Assembly: GCA_963713045.1 (NCBI GenBank)
Contig: CAVQKE010000006.1
Coordinates: 256,001-320,000, forward strand
Reading direction: 5' to 3'
Source of the DNA: an uncultured delta proteobacterium
Lineage (GTDB): Bacteria; Myxococcota; Myxococcia; Myxococcales; Myxococcaceae
DNA: 64,000 bases
Shown here: positions 27,082 through 36,431 of the stretch, in pieces
Layout: the number at the start of each line of letters is the position of its first letter
How positions within the stretch are numbered: the first letter of the stretch is position 1
The notes under the pieces: model-generated
Database searches by the model: none
What the model was told of the DNA's origin: nothing
Seen by the model: the letters and a program-made list of their open reading frames with translations, nothing else
Position numbers and translations under genes: made by a program

Positions 27082-29669
27082 TGAGATTCCTTTTGGCGCG
27101 CGCTTGGCTTTTGGCACTGCCGGTTGGGCAGGCGGCGCTGGCACAAAGCATCTCTCCGCCCGAGGTTCTCGAAAACCCAGCGGCGCTTTACCCAGCCGCC
27201 CACACCGAGGCGGCCACGGTGACGCTGCTTGTCACGGTGCAGCCGGATGGGAGTGTGCAGGAGCCGGTCGTCGTCAGCAGCGGGGGCGCGGACTTTGACG
27301 CCGCAGCCATCGCCGCGGTGAAGCAGTGGAAATTCCGGCCGGCGCTTCGGGACGGAGTTCCCTATCCAGCGCGAATTCGCATTCCCTTCGTCTTCCAGCC
27401 GCCCCCGGTGACTGCGCCGGGGGCCAAGCCGGATACGCCCACTGCGCAAGCGGCTGCGCCCGCAGGAGCGCCGGTGATTGCGCCTGCAGCGCAGCCTCCG
27501 CCGCCGGTGGTGCCGGCGCCGCAGCCCTCACCCTTCGTTGCGCCAATTCCTCCACCCGCGGCCGGCCCAGGGACTGCCCAACCCAGCGTCAATGAGGTCA
27601 ACGTTCGTGGAGCGCCACGGCCGCCGAGCGTCGGCGCGAGTGACTTTCAAATTGAAGTTGGCCAGATGGCGAACCTGGTCGGAAACACCCCGGAGGGCCT
27701 ACTGGAACTGGCTCCCGGAATTTTTATCGGAAATGAAGGCGGCGCCGGTCACGCGGACGAGGTCATTCTGCGAGGATTCGATTCCCCACAAGGCCAAGAC
27801 ATTCAATTCACGGTCAATGGGGTTCCCATCAACCAAGTCGATAATCCGGACGCCCACGGCTACGCCGATACCCATTTCATCATTCCGGAGCTGGTGCAGA
27901 GCCTGCACGTCATCGAAGGCCCGTTCGACCCCCGTCAAGGGGACTTCGCAGTGGCAGGAAGCGCCGACTACCAGCTGGGCGTCTCAGACCGCCAGCTGAC
28001 TGGGCAATTTCAATTCGGCTCCTTCAATACACAGCGTTACCTCCTCCTTTGGGCGCCCGCGGGCGAACGCGACGGCACCTTTGCCGCGGTGCAATTTACA
28101 ACCACCGACGGCTTCGGGACCAACCGAGCGGCGACCAGCGCCAGCGCGATGGCCCAATACGAAGGCGAACTCGGCGCACACGGCCTGTGGCGTGTGCTCG
28201 GTACGGCCTATGCGACCCACTACAAGAGCGCCGGGGTGATAAGCCAAAACGACCTCGCCATTGGCGCCGTCACCTATTACGGCACCGAAGACGCGAGTCA
28301 GGGAGGCGATGCCCAACACTATTCCTTGTCGTTTCAGCTGATTGATCCGATCCAGAGTGGGGTGCTCACCCAGAATGCTTTCATCATCTACAACGGCGTC
28401 CGCATCCTGGAGAATTTTACCGGGTTCCTGCTCGACCCTGTCCTTCAGGGTCAAACCTACCATCCACAGCGGGGCGACGGCATCCTTCAGCAATTCACGG
28501 ACATCACCGCCGGGTTGAGTGGCTCGTACCGCTTGGAGCGAAATCTCTTTGGGTTCAACCAGTCGCTCGAAGTCGGTTACTACGCGCGCTACGACCACAC
28601 CACCCCAGAGATTCAACGGGTCAAATTCGGAACAGAAATTCCATACGAATACCAGCAGGACTTCATCACCGACATTTTCAACGTTGCTGGGTATGCCGCT
28701 CTTGCCTTGCAGCCGATTCGGCCCCTCAAAATTCAAGCCGGGCTGCGTTTCGAGTACTTCGACTACAACGTCCTCAACCTCTGTTACTTGCCACTCGAGT
28801 ACGTGGAGCACAGCGGCCAGACGAACGTCATTTGCGGAACGATTGACCCGGAAGGAGGGGCCCGCCTCCCGGACCAGCGCACGACGGCCACGGCGCTCGT
28901 CGCAGAGCCTAAGGTTTCGGTCTTTTATGATTTGCCCTTCAACTTAACTGCCACCGCTAGCTACGGCCTAGGCGCCCAATCCCTGCCGGCCAATTACGTT
29001 CTTCAGGACGAGCAAGCGCCATTCTCGGCAATCCGCGCGGCAGAAGCTGGATTGATTTACCACGAAATCTGGCCGACCTTTCAAGCGAGTGCGCGGGCGC
29101 TCTATTTCTATACGCACGTCGGCCAGGACCTCATCTTCAATCCCGATTTGGGGGTGTTGGCCCTTTCAAGTGGGACCACTCGGCAAGGAGTCGTCGCCGC
29201 GACTCGACTCACGGGTCGATGGATAGACGAGTCCCTGACTTTTACCTACGTCTACGCGACGTTTGACAACGACCACTCGCTGGTCCCCTACGTTCCGAGC
29301 GTGGTCGCCCGCTCGGACACGGTTGTCTTTGGGCGGCTTCCCTGGAGGCTCGCGGACCACGCCTTCACGGGCACCGTTGGCCTGGGCCTCAACTACATCG
29401 GGGTCCGCGCCCTGCCCCTGGGCCAATCGTCGAGCCCGACGTTCGTTGTCAACGCCTCAGCCAGCCTGCGCTGGAGCTTCATCAACCTCAGCGTGAACCT
29501 TCAGAACCTTTTGAATTCGCGATACCCCGCCAGCGAATTCTTTTACGCGTCTTACTTCCAACATCAGCCTTACCCCACCTTGACTGCCAGTGAGCATTTC
29601 ACGGCCGCCTCACCGTTCTCGGTCCTCTTTGGAGTGGCCATCATCCTCGACAAGGAGTCCGACCGATGA
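27078..29669 (+). CDS. TonB-dependent receptor with N-terminal TonB C-terminal domain
   Basis: Signal peptide; FDAAAIAAVKQWKFRPA (TonB-C); plug ILRGF...HGYADTHFIIPEL...GPFDPRQGDFAVAG; barrel with NLLN. Confidence 0.9.
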   Translation: MMRFLLARAWLLALPVGQAALAQSISPPEVLENPAALYPAAHTEAATVTLLVTVQPDGSVQEPVVVSSGGADFDAAAIAAVKQWKFRPALRDGVPYPARIRIPFVFQPPPVTAPGAKPDTPTAQAAAPAGAPVIAPAAQPPPPVVPAPQPSPFVAPIPPPAAGPGTAQPSVNEVNVRGAPRPPSVGASDFQIEVGQMANLVGNTPEGLLELAPGIFIGNEGGAGHADEVILRGFDSPQGQDIQFTVNGVPINQVDNPDAHGYADTHFIIPELVQSLHVIEGPFDPRQGDFAVAGSADYQLGVSDRQLTGQFQFGSFNTQRYLLLWAPAGERDGTFAAVQFTTTDGFGTNRAATSASAMAQYEGELGAHGLWRVLGTAYATHYKSAGVISQNDLAIGAVTYYGTEDASQGGDAQHYSLSFQLIDPIQSGVLTQNAFIIYNGVRILENFTGFLLDPVLQGQTYHPQRGDGILQQFTDITAGLSGSYRLERNLFGFNQSLEVGYYARYDHTTPEIQRVKFGTEIPYEYQQDFITDIFNVAGYAALALQPIRPLKIQAGLRFEYFDYNVLNLCYLPLEYVEHSGQTNVICGTIDPEGGARLPDQRTTATALVAEPKVSVFYDLPFNLTATASYGLGAQSLPANYVLQDEQAPFSAIRAAEAGLIYHEIWPTFQASARALYFYTHVGQDLIFNPDLGVLALSSGTTRQGVVAATRLTGRWIDESLTFTYVYATFDNDHSLVPYVPSVVARSDTVVFGRLPWRLADHAFTGTVGLGLNYIGVRALPLGQSSSPTFVVNASASLRWSFINLSVNLQNLLNSRYPASEFFYASYFQHQPYPTLTASEHFTAASPFSVLFGVAIILDKESDR

Positions 29670-30469
29670 GTTGGAAGGTCGCTGTGTCGGTGATGGCCGT
29701 GGTGGTGGCTGGCGGCTGCTCCAATCGAACTGCGGGCAACCTCTTTGAAGCTTCCTTTTCCATCGGTGGGCTCCAGCGTCCCGACGCAGGCCCTCTTTTC
29801 TTTACCACCGAGCTGGGCTGGGCGGTCGAGTTGGACGCGGCAAAGATTGATTTGGGTCCGTTCTATTTCAACATCGACCCACCCAATACGGGGGAATTCC
29901 GCGACGGCGTGGTGATCGCGGAGTCCCTCCGCCAAGTGACTGTGGACACGCTGAATCCAGCCCTGGTCCCCGTCACCGATGGCGTGAGCGGACAAACTGG
30001 CGCGGGCGCAGGCCCGGCGGTGGCGGTCGAGATCGAGCTCTTTCCCCCGGACAGCACCATCACCGACCCAGACGTGGGGGGTCCTGCGAAGAATGCCACT
30101 GCCTACCTCGCCGGTGTGGCTTCCATGGGAGTGACGCAAGTGCCCTTCGAAGGGTGGGTGATTATCGATTCGAGTTTAGCGTCGGTTGACACTCCATTGC
30201 CGTGGATACAACGCGTGAACGGGGCGGAGTGCGACCTGAATTTCGTCACCAGTCCTTCGCTGCTGACGTTGCAGGTTGACCCGACCACCTGGTTCAACGG
30301 CGCGGACTTTGCGCAGCTGCTCCCGGCCCAAAGCACCGACGCCGGGACTGCAGACGGTGGCCCGGGTGGCCCCTACGGCTGGACGGTGGATTCTGCCTTT
30401 CAGGCCGCGGTGTTGAACAACATTCAGGCCACGACCGGTGTCTACGCCTTTGAGTTAACGCCCCAATGA
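29666..30469 (+). CDS. Lipoprotein in TonB receptor operon
   Basis: Lipobox AGGC; ATGA overlap with the receptor. Confidence 0.8.
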   Translation: MSWKVAVSVMAVVVAGGCSNRTAGNLFEASFSIGGLQRPDAGPLFFTTELGWAVELDAAKIDLGPFYFNIDPPNTGEFRDGVVIAESLRQVTVDTLNPALVPVTDGVSGQTGAGAGPAVAVEIELFPPDSTITDPDVGGPAKNATAYLAGVASMGVTQVPFEGWVIIDSSLASVDTPLPWIQRVNGAECDLNFVTSPSLLTLQVDPTTWFNGADFAQLLPAQSTDAGTADGGPGGPYGWTVDSAFQAAVLNNIQATTGVYAFELTPQ

Positions 30470-30582
30470 GACGCCTTGGGCTGATTCAGCATTCGAGCAG
30501 TCGAACGCTCGAGCACAAGAAGCGAAGTGGCAGTGCGGTCAACGACATCGGGCTCAGAAGCTGAGCTCTCTAAGGAGAAGTC

Positions 30583-31899
30583 ATGAAGAGTCACAACAGG
30601 AAGCCAACAACCCGCTGGAGGGTACTGGGGACGAGCGTCCTTCTCTGTGCGGTTGCTGGCTGCAGTTCTGGGACGTCGAATAGCAACGCCCAAACGAATC
30701 CGTGCGACGCGGGCGCCGCCAACAGCGTAGGTCTTTGCACCAATTACGACCCCGGCTTCAACGCACAGACCAGCATCGCCAACAGCATTGGGGTGACGTT
30801 CTCTGGTGAGACGCTGGGAATTTCGGGACTGCCCTTCTGTCCGGCCAACCAGGGGGATCCCAACTTCGTCGATGGCTGGACCATGACCTTTAGCGAATAC
30901 ATCTTCATCGTGGCCAACGTGCGGCTCAACACCGACCCACTCTTGAATCAGACGTGGCAAGACATGGGTTCACAAGTGGCCATCAAGCCAGGGCCCTACG
31001 TCATCGACGCGCACCGAGCCGCCGGCTTTGTGGGCAAAGACGGCGTCGAGCCTGCCCAAGGGCTCTTCATCTGGACGAAGTTGGACAACGGGCAACCGTT
31101 TGACACCGCCGTCCGATACGCTTTTTCGTACGACGAAGTAGCAGCCAGCGCCAGCGTTCCCGCCACGTCCGTCAACCTCACGCCGGCTGAGTACCCTGAC
31201 TACGCGCTGATGGTGAAGTACGGATGGAATAAGCTGATTCGAGGCCAGGCCACGTACGTTGGCACCGGCGTCTATCCGGACGCTGGCGTTCAGGCGCAGT
31301 TTGCCGCCTTCCCGACCACGGTGAATTTCGCGTTTGGCTGGAATGACGCCACGTCGATGCTCAATTGCGTCAATTACGACTACAGCGCCTCGGAGGACAA
31401 CCTTGCGGACCGGGGCGTGCAGACCAACCCCGACGGCACATACATCGCTCAAATTACCATGCACACCGACCACACCTTCTGGGACAAGCTGCGGCAGGAG
31501 GGCGCGAACCTGAGGTTTGACCCGCTGGCTGCGTTCGCGCCCACCGCCGGCGGTACCTTCTGGATAAACAACACCCCTCAAACGATTGCCGCCACGTTTG
31601 GCGACGGAGTGACACCGCTCGCCGACCGGTCGCCCTATCAGCTGCAGTCCGGGTGTGTGAACGCGCCGCCCCCAGAGACGTGCACCGGGGGCGGGACGGA
31701 CGCCACTGGTTGTCCACTGGTCATTCTGAACGTGAACGGGACCACCGGGGTGCCGAATGCCGTGAATGCCTTCATGGCTTTCAGCGCACAGTCTCAGTCG
31801 CACCTCAACGCCCAGGGCCTGTGCTACGTGGTCGGCCAGCACGCCAACGACCCGTACTTCTCGCCGACGATTCAGGCCGTACCGGCGAACACGCCCTAA
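30583..31899 (+). CDS. Cys-containing lipoprotein in TonB receptor locus
   Basis: TAAGGAG RBS, lipobox VAGC, MHTDHTFWD, SHLNAQGLC. Confidence 0.85.
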   Translation: MKSHNRKPTTRWRVLGTSVLLCAVAGCSSGTSNSNAQTNPCDAGAANSVGLCTNYDPGFNAQTSIANSIGVTFSGETLGISGLPFCPANQGDPNFVDGWTMTFSEYIFIVANVRLNTDPLLNQTWQDMGSQVAIKPGPYVIDAHRAAGFVGKDGVEPAQGLFIWTKLDNGQPFDTAVRYAFSYDEVAASASVPATSVNLTPAEYPDYALMVKYGWNKLIRGQATYVGTGVYPDAGVQAQFAAFPTTVNFAFGWNDATSMLNCVNYDYSASEDNLADRGVQTNPDGTYIAQITMHTDHTFWDKLRQEGANLRFDPLAAFAPTAGGTFWINNTPQTIAATFGDGVTPLADRSPYQLQSGCVNAPPPETCTGGGTDATGCPLVILNVNGTTGVPNAVNAFMAFSAQSQSHLNAQGLCYVVGQHANDPYFSPTIQAVPANTP

Positions 31900-31927
31900 G
31901 GGAATGCTTCCGGAAGTCGGGCGTTTT

Positions 31928-32563
31928 TCAAGAAGGCGGTGGCCGGTGACGACTCAGCTGTTGCCCCAGCTGAGTCACCCCGCCGCGGTTGCCCCGGCGC
32001 GCCCTGAAGTCTGCCCGCGCGCGCATCAGTCGGCGAAGGAGAAGGGTCACCAACAGCCCCACCCCCACGCCCAACAGGGCACCCACCAGGACGTCCGAGG
32101 GCCAATGGACGCCGGCCACCACACGGCTGAGGCTGGCCAGCGTGGCCAGTGCAAACAGAACTGGTGCCGCGGGCGGCGCAGCCACCGCGACGGGCGTCGC
32201 GGCGGCAAACCAGTTGGCGGCGTGCAGACTGGGGATGGAGCCAGAATTGGTCGCGGGCACCAACTGGCGGAATGTCCCCGGCGCCAACGCATAGCAGGGC
32301 CGCGTGCGGGCAAAGGCTGGCTTGAGGATGCGGGCGCCGATGAGGTCGGTCGCGACGGTGGCCAGGACCGCCGCCAGGACCACCGGGAGGGCCCGGGCTC
32401 GCCAACGGTAAAGGCAAAACAGGAGCAGCGCCGCGCCGCACAACAGCGCCGAGGACGGCCCGTGGAAGAAGCGCACCAGGGCGTCCACCGCCGGCCCGAA
32501 GTCGCGGTTGAGTGCGTGGAAGGCCGCTGCGTCCCAGGCGGCGACTTCGACCCGTGGCGTCAT
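31928..32563 (-). CDS. PAP2 family phosphatase
   Basis: K..FARTRP, PSLHA, SRVVAGVHWPSDV. Confidence 0.9.
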   Translation of the reverse strand: MTPRVEVAAWDAAAFHALNRDFGPAVDALVRFFHGPSSALLCGAALLLFCLYRWRARALPVVLAAVLATVATDLIGARILKPAFARTRPCYALAPGTFRQLVPATNSGSIPSLHAANWFAAATPVAVAAPPAAPVLFALATLASLSRVVAGVHWPSDVLVGALLGVGVGLLVTLLLRRLMRARADFRARRGNRGGVTQLGQQLSRHRPPPS

Positions 32564-32733
32564 TTCACAACCATACCGCGGTCGTTCTGGCCCCAGGGTC
32601 GCGGCAACTGTGGGGGACAGTCATCCTCGCCTTCGGCTGGACCCCACTGGCGAAGGCTGCCCCCAGGCGGAAATGCCTGGGTTCGGGTAATTCCGAGGGT
32701 ACGGCACGTTTCCTGCGGTGGCTTTGGCCCGAC

Positions 32734-33138
32734 ATGAATGACGGTCTCATCGCCGACCCACCTCCCTTGGGGTTTGCCCTGCAGGCCCCAGCGCTGTCTC
32801 GAGCGAATCCAGCCTCGCTGGAGTTCCTCCGGGCCTGGGTGTCGGGGGAACAAGTCGGCGTGCAGTTGCGCGAGGACTTGTGGATGGACCCGGCCGCGTG
32901 GGGCGTGGCCCTGGTGGACGTGGCCGTCGCCGCGGCGCGTAGCTACGGTCGGAAGGGGCTGCCGGTGCAGGTGGCCTTGGAGCGGATTCGGGAGGGCCTG
33001 GATGCCGAGTGGGAGGTGGCGTCTTCGGGACCGGACCGCGCCCCCCTTCGGCTTTCCCCGAAACGGGGTGGGCGCGCGGCGTCCGCCCGCGCCCGTCCGA
33101 AGCCGGGGCGGCGACGGGCGCCTCCAGGAATGCGCTGA
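32734..33138 (+). CDS. DUF5076-like protein, copy 1
   Basis: EFLRAW...WMDPAAWGVALVDVA...RIREGLDAEW. Confidence 0.72.
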   Translation: MNDGLIADPPPLGFALQAPALSRANPASLEFLRAWVSGEQVGVQLREDLWMDPAAWGVALVDVAVAAARSYGRKGLPVQVALERIREGLDAEWEVASSGPDRAPLRLSPKRGGRAASARARPKPGRRRAPPGMR

Positions 33139-33187
33139 GCGCGTCAGACCCAGAGATTTAAACTTCTTCGGCACGAAAGAAAGACGG

Positions 33188-33526
33188 ATGGCACACGACA
33201 ACGAGTTGTCCATTCCCCCAATCGCTGCCATCGACGACGAGGCCCGGGAAGTCTTGCGCTTCTGGTCGGCGCATGGCCGCCTCCACGTGACGGTTCGGGC
33301 CGACGCCTACCGCGACCCGGCGGCGTGGGGGATTGTCCTCGCCGACTTGGCGCGGCACGTCTGCAATGCCTACGCCCTGGAGGGCCAGGCGAGGGCCGAT
33401 GCACTCGCCCGCTTCCGTGCCGGCTTCGATGCCGAGTGGGGCTTCTCGACGAAGGACCCCTTCGCCGAGATGGTGCCGCGCGCTGCTCGCGAGCGGCCGG
33501 CCTTGGAAGGCCCGCGCGACGGCTAA
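33188..33526 (+). CDS. DUF5076-like protein, copy 2
   Basis: ELSIPP...EVLRFW...DPAAWGIVLADLARHV...GFDAEW. Confidence 0.8.
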   Translation: MAHDNELSIPPIAAIDDEAREVLRFWSAHGRLHVTVRADAYRDPAAWGIVLADLARHVCNAYALEGQARADALARFRAGFDAEWGFSTKDPFAEMVPRAARERPALEGPRDG

Positions 33527-34179
33527 GGGGGAGTGTCCGGAGGAGAGACGCAACTCAGCGTTTCGCAGCTGGCGCTGACGCGGGCGAGCAACTCCCACGC
33601 CCAGCCCACGGCTTCGTCGATGGCTCCTCCCAGCACGCGACTGCCCCACACCACGGTCAGTGTCTGCGTGGTGGAGGCGTCGGTTTTCGTCCGCTGCGCG
33701 TCCTTGACGGCGTTGGCGCACGGGCCGGCGCCGTCCTGCAGGACGACCAGATGCCCGACGTCAATCTCCTGCCCCGAGGCATTGAAGACAAAGCGGCTTC
33801 CCGCGGGCGCCAGCTGCACGCGCAAGGGGGGCACCAGGCGCTCTACGTCCAGGACGCTGAAGGGAAGCCCGGTGTGCAGCGCCACCGCGTTGCCGACGTC
33901 CACTGCGGGGTTGATGGACTTGAGCTGGCCTTCGGCCGCCGCGCGGGCCAGGTACTCAGGGGCGGGCTTACTTCGCCCGGTTGGCTTGAAGCCTCCGTGG
34001 CGCAGGAGTTCCCGAATGGCCGCCCGCGTGGCGTCGGTGGCCACAAACGGCACCTCGGCCGACAGAGACAGGACGTCCTGGTAGGCCTCCGCCGGCAGCG
34101 CGCCCAGCGGCTCAGGAAATTGGGTGAGGAAAGCGCGAAGCGCAAGCAGCGGATGGGGCTGGACGGTGAGCGAGGCCAC
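33523..34179 (-). CDS. Standalone B3/B4 (PheT editing-like) domain protein
   Basis: GFKPTGRSKPAPEYL, INPAVDVGNAVAL. Confidence 0.82.
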   Translation of the reverse strand: MASLTVQPHPLLALRAFLTQFPEPLGALPAEAYQDVLSLSAEVPFVATDATRAAIRELLRHGGFKPTGRSKPAPEYLARAAAEGQLKSINPAVDVGNAVALHTGLPFSVLDVERLVPPLRVQLAPAGSRFVFNASGQEIDVGHLVVLQDGAGPCANAVKDAQRTKTDASTTQTLTVVWGSRVLGGAIDEAVGWAWELLARVSASCETLSCVSPPDTPP

Positions 34180-34214
34180 GGGCTTTGGAAAGGGGGGGCA
34201 AGCCTAGCAGCCCT

Positions 34215-34877
34215 GTGGTCGATTTCAGGACGGGGCGCCCGGCCCGTGCTACCTGCAAAAGCCTGCGTCCCATCCAAGCAGAGCTGGTGACCGGCGAGGC
34301 CCTCTACCGCCGCGTCATTCTCGACAAACTCGCCGGCGCGCGAGAGTCGGCATGGATTGCGACGGCCAACGTGAAGGCGATGTTTGTCGAGCACCGAGGA
34401 CGCTTTGACTCGGTGCTGACCCTCTTCCAGACCCTGGCCGCCCGCGGTGTCGAGTTGCGGTTGCTTCATGCCGAGTTGCCGAGCCGCCCCTTCCGGCGCG
34501 CCTTTGACGCGCTGCCGTCGCTGGTTCGGGGCGGGCTTCAGCTGAAGGTGTGCCCGCGCGTCCATTTCAAATGCGTGCTGGTGGACGGGGCTTGGGCCTA
34601 CCTCGGCAGCGCCAACCTGACTGGGGCCGGGTTGGGAGCCAAGCACCCCGACGCACGCAACTTCGAGTTGGGGCTGCTGACCGAGGACTATGACGTGCTC
34701 GACCGGCTCCGCGCCTTGTTTCAAGCGGTGTGGAGCGGCGCCGAGTGCGGCAGCTGCCGTCTCCGCGCCGTCTGCCCGGACCCGATTGGGGACTTGGTGC
34801 CGCGCCCCTTCCCGTCGACGCGCCGCCCGCGCCTGGGACGTGCCCGTCGGCTGTCACGCCCCCGCGCGGCACGCTGA
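34215..34877 (+). CDS. Single-HKD phospholipase D/Nuc-like protein with C-terminal CxxCx5C
   Basis: HFKCVLVD, GSANLTG, NFELG, CGSCRLRAVC. Confidence 0.82.
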   Translation: MVDFRTGRPARATCKSLRPIQAELVTGEALYRRVILDKLAGARESAWIATANVKAMFVEHRGRFDSVLTLFQTLAARGVELRLLHAELPSRPFRRAFDALPSLVRGGLQLKVCPRVHFKCVLVDGAWAYLGSANLTGAGLGAKHPDARNFELGLLTEDYDVLDRLRALFQAVWSGAECGSCRLRAVCPDPIGDLVPRPFPSTRRPRLGRARRLSRPRAAR

Positions 34878-34952
34878 CTCCCCGCGCGCTGAACGAAATT
34901 GACAGCCGAGACACCTCCGGCGGACGCTGCCCGGTATGGAAGGGAGCACCTG

Positions 34953-35390
34953 ATGAAACGACGCCAGGTGGTGTTGGGCAGTGTGGCCGCGGTGGCGGTG
35001 GGGGCCGCCTTGCGCGCGCGGGCCGCCGAGACATCGCCTCCCGCGGTCCCTCCGGCGACGGTGCACGCGGCCCTGCTGGACGCAGCCTTTGCCTGCATCC
35101 AAGTCGGGCAGGCCTGCCAACAGCACTGCTTGACGCTTCTCAGCAAAGGAGATGTCAGCATCGCTGAGTGCGCCACCACCGTTGCCGCCATGCTTCCGAC
35201 TTGTGAGGCCATCGCCGCGCTGGCGGTGCAGGGCTCGCCGAGGCTCAAGCCGATGGCCGTTGTCTGCGCGCAAATCTGCCGCGACTGCGAGAGGGCCTGC
35301 CGGAAGCATGAGTTGCACCATGCCATTTGCAAGGCCTGCGCCGACAGCTGCGCGGCGTGCGCACAAGCGTGCGACAAGGTTCCGGCCTGA
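34953..35390 (+). CDS. Tat-exported four-helix-bundle copper storage protein (Csp1-like)
   Basis: KRRQVV Tat signal; 14 Cys in Cx3C/Cx2C spacing; HELHH. Confidence 0.88.
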   Translation: MKRRQVVLGSVAAVAVGAALRARAAETSPPAVPPATVHAALLDAAFACIQVGQACQQHCLTLLSKGDVSIAECATTVAAMLPTCEAIAALAVQGSPRLKPMAVVCAQICRDCERACRKHELHHAICKACADSCAACAQACDKVPA

Positions 35391-36358
35391 CCTTCCAGGC
35401 TGAGCCGTTTGAGCCGGCCCCGGGCCTGGCGCACCCGCAGGCGCAGACGCTTTTGGCCTATGTGCTGCGGCGCCCGGCCGCGCTGCCGCTGCGGCGCGAG
35501 CGGCTGGAGACGCCGGACGGCGACTTCCTCGACTTGGACTGGCTGGAGGCGCCGCCGGGCCGGCCCCACGTGCTTGTCCTCCACGGGCTGGAAGGCAGCA
35601 GTGCCTCGGGCTACGTGCGCCAGACGCTGCACGAGGCAGCCGCGCTGGGGTGGGGTGCGGTGGCGATGAATTTCCGTTCCTGCAGCGGCGAGCCCAACCG
35701 GAAACTGCGCAGCTACTGCTCAGGGGAGACAGCCGACCCCCTGTACGTGGCCGGGCACCTGCGCACCCGCGTCCGTGGCCCGCTGCTGGCGGTGGGCTTC
35801 TCCCTGGGGGGCAACGCCCTTTTGAAGCTTTTGGCCGAAACCAAGGACGCTGCGCCCTTCGTCGCCGCTGCAGCGGTGAGTGCCCCATTTGACTTGCTGG
35901 CGTGCGCCCAGGCCTTGGACCGGCCGTGGGGCGGATGTGGCCTGTACCGCCGACACTTCCTCAAAACTCTCAAGGCCAAGGCGCTGGCCAAGCTGGCGAG
36001 CCACCCGGGCCAGGGACTGGACGCCGAGCGCGTCCGTCGGGCGCAGACCCTGCAGGAATTTGACGAGACTTTCACCGCCCCCAGCAACGGCTACCTCGGC
36101 GCCCTTGACTACTACCAGCGCTGCTCCAGCGGGCCGCGGCTTCACGAAGTCCGGCGGCCCGCCCTGCTTCTGAATGCCGAGGATGACCCGATGATTCCGG
36201 GCACCTCGCTGCCCGCCTCCGCTTCGGCCGCCAACTTAACGGTGCTGCGCCCGCAGCGTGGGGGCCACGTCGGCTTCCTCACCGGCCAGCTGTGGGCACC
36301 CCGCTTCTGGGCCGAGCGCCAGGCGGTGCGCTTTTTGTCGGCGCAACTCAGCAGCTGA
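35387..36358 (+). CDS. YheT-family alpha/beta hydrolase; start inferred at CTG overlapping the upstream stop
   Basis: PDGDFLDLDW, HGLEGSS, GFSLGG, GGHVGF. Confidence 0.88.
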   Translation: MTFQAEPFEPAPGLAHPQAQTLLAYVLRRPAALPLRRERLETPDGDFLDLDWLEAPPGRPHVLVLHGLEGSSASGYVRQTLHEAAALGWGAVAMNFRSCSGEPNRKLRSYCSGETADPLYVAGHLRTRVRGPLLAVGFSLGGNALLKLLAETKDAAPFVAAAAVSAPFDLLACAQALDRPWGGCGLYRRHFLKTLKAKALAKLASHPGQGLDAERVRRAQTLQEFDETFTAPSNGYLGALDYYQRCSSGPRLHEVRRPALLLNAEDDPMIPGTSLPASASAANLTVLRPQRGGHVGFLTGQLWAPRFWAERQAVRFLSAQLSS

Positions 36359-36387
36359 CGTGACGCGGTGCCACAGGAACGTTGCTC

Positions 36388-36405
36388 GTCATGCTTTCCC
36401 ATGAC
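36388..36405. promoter_or_regulatory. Operator-like palindrome GTCATG-N6-CATGAC upstream of the RND operon
   Basis: Perfect 6-bp arms in the 73-bp intergenic gap, before TGCTAGGCA (possible extended -10). Confidence 0.45.
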
Positions 36406-36431
36406 TTGCACCCAGTGCTAGGCAGCGCGCC

